Below are positions 24,382-35,600 of a DNA stretch of 64,000 nucleotides, in pieces. The notes beneath the pieces were generated by a model, which saw only the letters and a program-made list of their open reading frames with translations, ran no database searches and was not told where the DNA came from. Both the position numbers and the translations under genes were made by a program. Location of the stretch: assembly GCA_965153455.1 (NCBI GenBank), contig OZ234493.1, positions 2,356,001-2,420,000 of the forward strand, in the 5' to 3' direction. Every line of letters begins with the position of its first letter. Position 1 is the stretch's first letter. The DNA is from Sphagnum compactum. Lineage: Eukaryota.

Positions 24382-24780
24382 CAACATTTTTTTTTCTAAA
24401 ATTTCAAAATCTTGTGAATTAGGGCCAACTTTTTTTTTTTTCCCACAAAAATCCTACCAAAAGTGAATAGAATAACGTGCTTGTAGAAGCAAGCGGGTAC
24501 GATGATCATTGTTTGGATATAAACCACCACCATCACCACCACGACATTCCAGTAGTAAATTTTGGCAAGCATTGTCGAGCAATGCTTGTGTGATGAGTAA
24601 AACTACTACGTCATAAATAAATTACTCATTACCCATAGTTGCCAATGAGAGACAAAAGGATGATCATATATGGGGGTTTAAGGGTGAAATTCATGATATT
24701 TCAACATGGTGTCATTGATGATAGTAAGAGAACAAAAGTTACATTCATATATATATATTTATATATACCCTTGTGTGCAA

Positions 24781-25274
24781 AAACCCTAAAACCCAAGTCT
24801 CTCTATTCTTCCCGAAAACCCTAAAACCCAAGTCTCTATTCTTCCCCAAAACCCTAAAACCCAAGTCTCTTTTCTTCCCCAAAACCCTAAAACCCAAGTC
24901 TCTATTCTTCCCAAACACCTAAAACCCAAGTCTCTTTTCTTCCCCAAAACCCTAAAACCCAAGTCTCTATTCTTCCCCAAAACCCTAAAACCCAAGTCTC
25001 TTTTCTTCCCCAAAGCCCTAAAACCCAAGTCTCTATTCTTCCCAAACACCTAAAACCCAAGTCTCTTTTCTTCCCCAAAACCCTAAAACCCAAGTCTCTA
25101 TTCTTCCCAAACACCTAAAACCCAAGTCTCTTTTCTTCCCCAAAACCCTAAAACCCAAGTCTCTATTCTTCCCGAAAAAAACCCTAAAACCCAAGTCTCT
25201 TTTCTTCCCCAAAACCCTAAAACCCAAGTCTCTTTTCTTCCCAAAAACCCTAAAACCCGAGTCTCTTTTCTTCC
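24781..25274. repeat. 33-bp minisatellite x15 containing a telomere-like motif (AAAACCCTAAAACCCAAGTCTCT[A/T]TTCTTCCCC)
   Basis: Fifteen near-identical units counted; the A/T variant alternates from unit 2 to unit 13. Confidence 0.95.
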
Positions 25275-27044
25275 TTCTTGCTTTGAAGAGGTTGTTGGAG
25301 GAAATCTTCTAGGTCACCAAACCCATGCATATCATGCAACTTTTGGCATTTCATACCTTTTTTTTTCTTCTTCTTCTTTGTTTTTTGTTGGTTTGGCAAT
25401 TGCATCATCCCGACATCTTGTACTCCATTTCCTTTTCATGTAGGGTAAAGCTTGACCCTAAGGTCGGGACATTCTCAACCCTAAGGGAGGCCTAGGATGA
25501 GGTAGTAGTTGAGTCCCGCCCTCACATCATATTTTGGGAATGCCCTTCTCCACCACCCTAGGGCTTTTTTACCCATTGTCGAGCATGAGGCAAAGCTTAT
25601 GATGAACCTAAGCATACATAGATCACAAGGCATATATATTAGGGGGTTGGTTTTTCTTAAGAGTGGGACCCTATCTTAGGGCCACTTTAGATGAGGGTCC
25701 AAGGTCTAGGGTCCAATGAAATAGAACACTCCTATTGGTCGAGAGCCATGAATTGGACCCATAGCCTCTCGATAAGGGTCCAAGACCCAAAAGTGGCAAG
25801 TTAGGGTTTAGGGTTTTGCATGGGCTTTTGTAAAGAGGATATGGATTTGTTATAGAACACATAATGCTTGTAAGCTCTTTGCAATAAGTGTTCTCTAGTA
25901 CTTAACACACAAAGTTGTATCTCTAATAATAAGGGCCTAAAGACACCAATAATTTGGTTGAACTCCAACTTTGTATTAGTGGAAATAGCTTGAAATAATA
26001 TTAAGTGGACAAGACAACTTTAGGACCAATTTATTTATATTTATATTTATTTATTTATTTATTTGGACAAGAGAAAAGGCTTGTGAAGGCCCCAAAGGAT
26101 TTTATTTTTTTTTGAAAAAATCCAACAAATTTGCATGAATTCTTTTTTGAACCTCTTCAAATTTAGACAATAGGTCTAGGGTTTTTTTTTTATATATACT
26201 TGTTCAAATTTGGCTAAGTCCTCTTTTGGATGATGGCCCGTCCATCTACTTCACATAATACAAAAGAAAAACCCCTTGTTAGTTAGGGTTTTTAGAACAT
26301 TGTAGTAGGCAAGGGTTTTTCAGTTTTGTGATATTAAAAAAAAATGAAGTGATTATTTTCCTCCAAAAAAGAAATTTTTAGTCAAATTTACACTGAAAAA
26401 AATTCCCAAATCTTCCCCCTTTTTTTTTGGAAAAAATGAAAAAATATATCCCCAAAAAAAAAAAACATGATTGTAGGGTGGGCTATTCTTTTTACTATTA
26501 TTATTATTATTATTATTATTATTTTCAACTGAATGAGCACTTAAGTAAGTTTGGATGTATTTCATTAATTTCAGATAAAATAAAATTAGAAGTTCATCAT
26601 ATGGGTTCTTTCATTGAAAAAATATATATACAAATACAAAAGGACCTTCATAAATTGTTATCAATATAAGTAAACCTTGAGAAGTAGGGAACTCTGAATA
26701 AAGCATTCTGTTGGGGTACCTTTAGATCTTAAAGAATGATTTTTATTTCTGAAATTATAATTATTAAAAAAATTAAAAATAATTTTTTACAAAAAAACAG
26801 AATTATCTGACAGAATTATCCAGGAGAAATGGATGACTTCCCAAATTGCAGGAAAGTTGTTGGATGAATTTAGAGGAACCCAAAATAATAATAATAATAA
26901 TAATTGCTCACAATATTTTCACACACAATGATCCATTCATCCAAACCACTTTCAGAGAGGACCTAGGGAAAATGAATAGAGTGAAACCAGTCCAACTTGC
27001 AGGATGGATGTATTGTATTCCTGTTCCATAGTTAACCAAGGTGG

Positions 27045-27335
27045 TTAGGTTAGGTTAGGTTAGGTCAGATTGATACCTTCACCTCTTTGAGTGAGGGCTC
27101 TTAGTGGCCATATTAATGACCATGGTTCTAGTTCTTAGTTCTTACCATGGTTATCGTTCCTAGTTCTAATCACGGCTCTCGGTCTTAGTTCTTACCATGG
27201 TTCTAGTTCTTGGTTCTTACCATGGTTCTAGTTATTAGCTCTAACCACAACGATTCTAGTTCTTGGTTCTTACCATGGTTCTAATTCTTAGTTCTAACCA
27301 CGATTCTAGTTGTTAGTTCTTACCATGGTTATAGA
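27045..27335. repeat. (GGTTA)n tract followed by a ~24-25-bp minisatellite (ACCATGGTTCTAGTTCTTAGTTCTT) x~9
   Basis: Directly visible repeats. Confidence 0.85.
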
Positions 27336-28214
27336 ACCGTTTTTTCATAGTTGCAATTGCATCTAGTGTGCTTTTGGGCTATAGAACAATAGAACAACAA
27401 ATTAGGTACAACGAAAGCCTTGATTTGAACTTGTCAAGAGTGGCAAACCCTAGATTTGTGTGAGATGTGCGGATGATTTTGTGTTGTTGGGGTTGTGAGC
27501 CTAAAATCAAAAAAACCTTGTTCTTTTAATGAAGCTCCAAGTACGACATCCAAAGACCAAGGGGTCACTAACACACACACACACACTCTCTCTTCTTCTT
27601 CTTCTTCTTCTTCTTCCTTTTTGTATGTATATAATGTGAAGTCTAACCATTTGGAAAACCCTTTTTACCATTCCTTTTGTGTCTATGTGCCTAACAATGG
27701 GATCCATGAAAAACACGAGTTCTAACCCAATCAAGAAACCCATTTAATGTAATGTCCAACAACTAACCGTTACATTACATTGGTGATTCAACTCCGACAT
27801 GATGCACTTTGTATTGTGTTCAGAACAGATTTGGATGACAGTTTGTAAGGATTCTAACGTAAGCTTGGTGAGGACACAAAGAGAGAGAGAGAGAGATTGA
27901 GAGAGACAAAGGACCAAAAACAAAAGGAACAAAGAATTGGTAACTTTGAAGGAGAAGAAATTCAGTAATGCACAAAGTCATGCATTGGCTGATGTGCATC
28001 TTGTGCACTAGCCTTTAGGGAATTTTTTTTGCCCAATTGGGAAATTAGCCCTTAGTTAGGGCTTCAATTTAACATCTCTAATTGGACTCCTCTAATTACT
28101 AATAAAGTTTTGGGTTATAGAGAAGTAGACACAAATTTACTATCGGGTTTTGGGTTGTTACCTATCATGTGAGATTATTAGGGTTTGGCAATCCCGGCAG
28201 CAGCTCTATGTTCT

Positions 28215-28510
28215 TTTTTGGGTCGATTTTTGTGATATAGTCGAAAGTGGCAGTCATCCATAATATAAATAAATTTTAACTATATTTGGCTACAAGAAAA
28301 TGTGAAAGTAAAATGCTTTTTTAACATTTTTCTATACTTTTGGCTACTTTACTTGAACCATGTATAGAAATCTAGCAATAATTCCTTGTTTTTTTTTTTG
28401 GGTCAAATTTATGGCCGTTTAAATTCTCAAAAAACACTCAATGTTAGCACTTTTTTTCTTTTCTTTTTAAAAAAAAAATCTTTGGCTATATATAGCCGGG
28501 AAAAAAAAGG
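28215..28510 (+). mobile_element. Copy of a dispersed non-coding MITE-like family with a TAGCCAAATTTGGCTA-type core
   Basis: Shares TTGTGAT..GGC..TCATCCA..TTTGGCTA..TATGAAAGT..TTTTGGCTAC..GAAC with copies at ~24270-24340, 32290-32450 (-), 38710-38960, 48705-50170 and 52540-52650 (-). Confidence 0.6.
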
Positions 28511-30249
28511 GCTGCTCTACCTAGGCTTTCTCTTTTACTTTCAATCAATCAAAAACCTTTTAGAAAATCCAAGGTTGCCCTAACAACCCAAGATCAGCCT
28601 AAGTCTACTACTTTCTATGTTGCAAGGAGGATTGCCTTCATTGTTATCAAAGAATGGCAAAAGCAACCCACCCCTATTCTAAGGGTATGTAACCACTTGG
28701 AACTGGGTAACCCAATTTCCTTATGAGGAGGAAAAGGAGTCCTTTGGGGAAGAAACTCTTACCCTACTAACCCTTTGGTGAGGGTTGGGGTTAGGGTTTG
28801 AGCAATGAGTGGAAAGAGTGTTAATGACATGTGCTATCCCACAACATTTAATGTGTACTTTTTCACAAATGCAAAAGCTTATGAATTGAGAATTAATTCT
28901 TGGGGATTATAAAAGTGATGATTTCAAATTCATTTATTTGGATGAATTGTGATTTTGTACTTAATGTTGGAGTGAATGTCTCAACTATTTAAGAACACAG
29001 GACTCAAAGGGTTTTTTTTTTTTTTTAAATACATAACAAATATCAACTTTTTCTTTTTTTCTTTTGGGGGAACAAATGTACAACAAATATCAACTTTTTT
29101 TTGTCACAAATGAATCAGAAAAGCAAATTAATCATGTTATTTTAATGTACAAATGTTATGTATGAGTGGGGTGCACCATATTTGGTAGTGTAACTTTTGT
29201 ATTATCCCTTCATCCATATGTAGTAGTAATATGAAAATAGGTTTGTACATGCAAATTTTTAGTAGATACATGTAAATTTTTAGGGTTTTTTGTGGTTTTA
29301 AAATTTTAATTGCTTCCAATTGGTCGGCCATAAAGATTAACATAAGTGGTGGCATTTAAATAATCTCCCACCTTTTTACTATCCAATTTTTCATATTATT
29401 ATGGGTGGGGCTGAAAAACAATTAACACTCTATAAATATGCCATATAACAATTTTACTTGCACTAAATATCCCATCGTGAAGGCAAGTGTATACTAGGTG
29501 TCTATATTTGTATTTTTTTTTAAGTCAATGGGCATCTTGCCTTGGATTTTTAAAAAATGTATGAAGTCTAAACTTCATCCAAAGTACACAATGTACATGC
29601 CATTTTAGTGCTAGTGATGGTGTACATGCTTAGAACATCTCTACCCACACCCCCAATGTGAGCTTGTACCAATATGGATTTCCACTTTGGAAAAGTGAAA
29701 ATCTTAGGTAAAAAATTCAAGTGATCAAGCCAATCTCAAAGCATATTTTCTTAGGTGAAGAAACTATATTACCCAAAGCCTTTTCTTTTTTTTTAAAAAA
29801 CCTCTATAACTCTTTTTTAAGTGCATGACCGGAAAGTTGATACCCAATGTTGGGCGGTTATTAGAAATGGGCATCAAATAAATTCGATGGTTATAATCCG
29901 GGCAGTTCTTCAAGACACATAAAGAGTGGTTTCCCAAAAAAATCAAAGAACCCAAATCAGATATATAACCAAACCCATGAGTTCTACAAAAAATCTAAGA
30001 ATTCATTTTGACATTAAACAATGAAAGAAATCAATTAGTTACATAGGAAAGAAATGCATTTTTTTCTTTTTTCTTATTGGGAATTTTTAAATTTTTTTGC
30101 AAAGTTTTGCAAATTTTCAACTTCAAAGATTTTTTTTTTTTAAATTACTTTTTTTGTCACAAATATTCTGTTTTTGTTGGGGGAAAAAAAAAAATCACCA
30201 AAAATTTTCAGATTAAAACTTTTTGTGTCACATTTTCAACACACACTTT

Positions 30250-30531
30250 GTAGTAGTAGTAATAGTAGTAGTAGTAGTAGTTGTTGTTGTTGTTGTTGTT
30301 GGGGGAAGTTTTTCAGCAGTTGCCAGTAGATCTCTTGTTTGGGTTGATTGGGATGATTTGCTGAAGGGACAAAATGACTGGAAAAATGACTGGAAAGATG
30401 ACTGGAAAAATGACTGGAATTCACAATGAATGGCAAAATGACTGGAAAAATGACTGGAATTCACAACTGACATGAATGGCAAAATGACTGGAAAAATGAC
30501 TGGAATTCACAACTGACATGAATGGTAAAAT
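30250..30531. repeat. (TAG)n/(TTG)n microsatellite followed by a nested 12-bp (AAAATGACTGGA) / ~46-bp minisatellite
   Basis: AAAATGACTGGA-type unit seen 8 times, grouped into larger units ending ATTCACAACTGACATGAATGG. Confidence 0.88.
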
Positions 30532-31069
30532 GCAATTGAAAGTAGTAGAAAGTAGTACTAATGATAATAATAAGAAGAAGAAGGTATATTATATTATGTA
30601 TGTATGTATGACACAATAGTTGTGGTGATGATTTCCTTTATGCTTCTTTTCTAAAGAAGAAGCTTCTTGCCCACTTTGAATGATTGAGTAGCCCTAGAAA
30701 GCAAAACCCAATTCATGGGATAATCATTTGAGCAGCAGCTCTGGAAAAGTAAGTAATGCAGGATTCTTCCTCACTCTTCCAAAGCCCTTTTGGGTTTTAG
30801 GCTGTCAGATCCAGTGTGCCGCGCCCCCCCCCCCTTTTTTCCAATAAAAAAATAAATTTCAAAAAATAAAAATGAAAAATAAAAATGATTCTGAAAATAT
30901 AAAAATCAAAATTTCGAATTTTCAAATTAAAAATTAAAAAATTCTGTAATTAAAATTAAAATTATAAATATTTTCACACTAAAAATGAAATTTAAAATAT
31001 TTTTTCTAAATAAAAATAATTTTAAATGATTTCTAAAACTTTCTTCGATTGAATTTTCCATCCAGTAAC

Positions 31070-31620
31070 TAACCACGGTGGTAAGCTATGTATTAACCAT
31101 CCACATGCATCTACCCACCTAGTAACTATGCACATCTACCCACCTAGTAGCCATCAAGTGCCTTACCGATCTAGCTATTCACCTATCTACTTATCTACCT
31201 AGTGCCCACTTACATTACCTCCCTACTCGCCTATGGTACTTACCCACTTGAATTGGTAGGTACCACCTAGGTAAGTGAAGGGGCATTGAAGTAGGAGGGT
31301 TTAAGGGATTGGTTACCTTTGGTCACTTGAGTTGTGGTGAATGGACAGAAAACAAAATTTTCATCGGAATCAAGTTCCCCAGCTAACCATGATGGTTAGT
31401 CGGTTTCTGTTTTTACCACTTACTACCAACCCACTAACCCTTACATATGTACTTAAAAGTGTGCATGCCTATACTTACCTAGTAGTCACCGACTATCCTA
31501 CTTACCTACCTACCTACCTACCTACTCAACTTACTAATTTTGTAGGTTAGGTTATCAATATGAAACCCCATGTTAATTCATTTCCGGTTCATCAACAATT
31601 GAGTCATAACAAGCTTCCAA
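31070..31620. mobile_element. Dispersed repeat rich in (CTAC)n / CCTACCTA motifs, probably a non-autonomous element
   Basis: Similar blocks (AACCA[CT]GGT..CTACCTACC..TAGGTA..GTGAGGT.GGAAG) occur at ~50260-50500 and ~62310-62460, with a fragment at ~8190-8370. Confidence 0.5.
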
Positions 31621-31821
31621 GCGAAAATGCAAAGATAGTTCATCAACTTCCATTTCAATCACTCCAAAGACACAACAAAACATCATAGAAAATAATAATA
31701 CCATCTAATGATGCAATTGAATTAAAGGTTCTTTCAACCTAAAGGAAAATGTCTTTGGTTTCTAGGGTTTTTGCATGAAACCGCTACCGACCAATCCATG
31801 CCTTTTAGTATCATTCTAGGG

Positions 31822-31855
<34 letters not shown>

Positions 31856-32019
31856 TATTTCTTACCCTTCACTAAAGCACCATAACCAAAAGACGATGTT
31901 TAGTATGATTCACTACGAGTGCTAAATCAATTGTAAGTTGGTGTTAGATTGTTACTACTATTAGTCTCAAGTTTTTTTTCCTTTTTCGTTGGAGGGTGGG
32001 GTGTGTTGAATTTTTATTG

Positions 32020-32270
32020 TTCCTTAATGTGTTCCCATTGAGTCCTCAATGGGTTCTCAACATGTTCTACAAGTTCCCAATTTGTTTCCCCAACATGTTC
32101 CCAAAAAGCTCCTTGCTTTTATACCGTATCCTTTGCCCTAAGTTTTACCTTGTAACTTATATAAGCAGCCCAAAGGAGGAGATTACAATAATGGAGCTAT
32201 TTTGGAACTCTCCAAGGGTTTGATTTCTATTTTTGCAATGGCCCAATCAATGATGCCCATCACAAAAAAA
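32020..32270 (+). mobile_element. Dispersed repeat with a TGTTCCC-rich head, probably a non-autonomous element
   Basis: Related segments at ~56490-56620; related tails at ~9000-9240 and ~62760-62950. Confidence 0.45.
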
Positions 32271-34099
32271 AATTAATTTAATTTAATTATAAAAAACCAT
32301 CAGATTCTCTATGAAGTTCCAATAGGTAGCCATAAATATAGAAGAATGTTTTTTTTTAAAACGATTTTCAATTTTTTAATAGCCAGATTTGGTTAAATCC
32401 TTATATAGATGATCACCACTTTAGCTACATCACAAAATTGGAAAAAAAAAAAAAAAAAAAAACAACAACAACAATAGCTATGTGGACGCTTGACCAACGG
32501 TTCTAATAAAATTGAAGAGAACCCACATTCGACCCATTGACCATGGTTCTAAGAAAATTGAAGAGAACCACATTCGACCCATCCATTTCACGGTCCTAAG
32601 AAAACACAAGGAACCCAATTAAAGAACCTACCCTAAAAAATGTCGTTCAATTGCCAATTCGTTCCTAAAACTCATCTCATCGCCTCTTTGAAATGATAAA
32701 AGAAAACCCTAACCCTAACCCTAAGGTTAGAGCTTTAGAACCCAAAAAAAAAAACCGCCTACTAAAACTAGAATCTAGTATCTCCCTTATATTTGAGCAA
32801 GAGTAAACACAAAACATGTATCTCTCTCTCTCTCTCTATATATATATAATAGGGATTAGTATTATGTCATTGTTGTAAAGTTTCTTCCCCTCTTCCCCCC
32901 CCCTCTCTCTCTCTCTCTACCCCTTCTTTATTGTAACATAGAGAGACAATAAAAGCTAACCTCTCTTGTTGTACTTGTGAGAGACCAAGAAGAGATCACA
33001 TACCATAGTTACCTTAGCCATTTCAACATATGTCACGTCCGTAGAATAGATAATTAATTTTTGAAAAATCCATTTCAACAAATGAAATGTTCCTAAATAT
33101 TCACTATTTTCCTTCACAATCTTTTTCTTTTAATTTGGAAGAAATAATTTTTGAAATTTTTAACATTTTTGAAAATCATATATATATATATGATTAGTGT
33201 CGAATTGGACTCGTACTTAAGGTACTAGATTCAAGATTATTACTATTTGCCAAATATGTGGGTTGTTGATTGTGATCTCATTTTAGGGTATTTTGAAGGG
33301 ATTTGTAGTAATTAACTTATATACCTAAGGTGCTTAAGATTCAATTGAAAGTGTTGTTTGTGTCTTCTTCTTCAAACCTACCTAAGCTTAATTTCTATAG
33401 TACAATTATTATAAGCCCAAAAAAACTGAAAAATCTTTGGGTGTTTTTGGGGCCATCACTATTGACCACCCTAGGGTTTCCTTTTTTTCCTTTTCCTGAA
33501 AACCACCCATATGGCTTAATGTGGCTCTAATAGTTTTGGGAGTAGTGCCAAGATGTGGCGATTTATTTTTTAATTAATTAATTATTATTTTTGGGGGTAA
33601 ATGTCTTGGTGCTTGAGTTAATTTTAAACAAACAACAAGCTTTTCAAGTTATTCATCTTCTTATGGCAAATTCTTGTAGGTTAGTCGATGTCTTTTGGGG
33701 GAGAATGTCTTTGTTGGCTGATATTGTGGCTAGGGTTTTTTTTTAAAAGGTTGGGGAAGGTTGTCTATGTGGCTTTTTCTATGTATGGTTAGTTAGTTTG
33801 GTGATCCCCTTATGATTTTCCTTGTAATTTTCATGTGCTAATGGTAAAAAATTGAATAATATTTTTGGTTATTTATTGGAGTTTTTTGGTTTCAATTTGT
33901 TTTAGTCATTTCAAGATTTGCAACGTGAAAGTTTTTGGCTATTTTGGAATGCAAAATTCAAAACCATTACACGTTTAATAATAGAATTTGTTACAAGAGA
34001 ACATGATCAACACATGAAATTGGAATCAAAACCTATGTATTTTGGCATTAATTCATAAGGCTTTCTTTTCTTCTAAGCTACAATGGTTTCATCATATGA

Positions 34100-35600
34100 G
34101 AAAGTTTCCAAAATAAATAAGTTTTGCCAAACATCCTCACACATATTTAAGTGTGTTTTCAACTAATTGCACACCTTGCTTTTCATGAAAACAAGTGTGC
34201 TAAAACCTCATTTGTCTTGTACAAACCCTAAAACCTACACCATACAAATTTTAGCAAGCTTTGAATGCATTTTCAAGGTCAAAATTTGGTTAGCTTCAAG
34301 CCTCAACCATAGTTGGTGGAGGGGATCGTAATCCTTCTTATCCATTTCCATGGTCTCAATGAAATTGTTATCCATGGTCCAAATCAACAAATGTGATTGA
34401 GTGTCCAACCGTGCCATCCAACATAACATTACATCATTTTTCAAATGTAAACCCAATAATTTTGGGCATTGTAAAATGATCCTTTGGAATGGCCAGATGA
34501 TGGATGAAGTTTGAGCTTGCATCACAATTCACCTAGTAATGTCAATAGGCAATTCCCATGGCTATCATGAGTTCACAATATGGGAATTGATAATGTAACT
34601 CACAAGAAAACTAAGATGTTGCCTCAAAACATTGTACCAACACAATTTCCAAATGTTGTTCTCATGCAAGGTAGGAGAAAATGGATCCATTTGCAATGTT
34701 TGCAAATCATCGATATGCAACCATACCAGCTTAGTACCCCCATGAAATACACATCACACAAAATCAACGTTAGGGCAAGTAAGATTCCCAACCCACACTA
34801 GTGATAGAGTTTAATTCCAAAAGTTGATCAAGTTGTTGAAAACAACAAAGGCATCATCCTTGAATGTGATATTGGTTGCATTGTAATAACACCATATATA
34901 AAATTTCAACGTGTACTAATTTCACAACCTTGACAAAATCCACAATGTATAAATGTTTTCAGGATGAACCATTTTGATAAGCTTATGCTATAATCCAAGT
35001 AAGGGCATGAGGCAATAGAAGCCAAGTAGAATATGAACATTAAACAATACTATGACGTTGGCCTTAGCTACATCACATGCAAGTCGATTTGCGCACATCT
35101 ACATGATGAGGGGTTTGTATTTTGTCAACATGTTTTCATATTTTCAAAGATTTTTAATGCTTTCACATCCGACAAAATAACAAATATTTTAGGATCAAAA
35201 GCTTTCTTGCCAACTTCAAAAAAAAAAAAAACATTCCAATGAACAACTTTTATATTTTGTCAACAATCATAGCCAAGTCAATCCTATGTGCAACACAATG
35301 GACCAACATTAAAATAAGGGATCCATGTCATGCTTGATTTGAGCACTGATTCCATTACACACATTAGTAAACATAGACCTTGCATTCATTCCAAATGACA
35401 GCAACATTTGGCCCATTACTTGAACATCCATAGCCCAAACTCAAGAATACATGCAACAACACTTGGGTCATATTTTCAAGGGTGAGCAAAATGGGCATTT
35501 GTTTGCATTTCTCAAGCACACATGCACGAATCCCAACCCAACAACTATTGTTGATTGTAGACACCTCATTAGTAGATATGGAAAGCAACACCTAACACCT
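34100..35600 (-). pseudogene. Decayed hAT-superfamily (ZNF862/DUF4371-like) transposase
   Basis: Minus-strand fragments in order: LLSISTNEVSTINNSCWVGIRACVLEKCKQMPILLTLE; LLSFGMNARSMFTNVCNGISAQIK; VHCVAHRIDLA (hAT CxxH motif, ~35270-35303); LWLRLEANQIL..LAKICMV*VLGFVQDK*GFSTLVFMKSKVCN*LKTHL (dimerization-domain-like). Many stops and frameshifts. Confidence 0.78.

Noticed and set aside
24786-25227. ORFs encoding LGFRVLGKKRD repeats
   Set aside because: Translation artefact of the 33-bp minisatellite.
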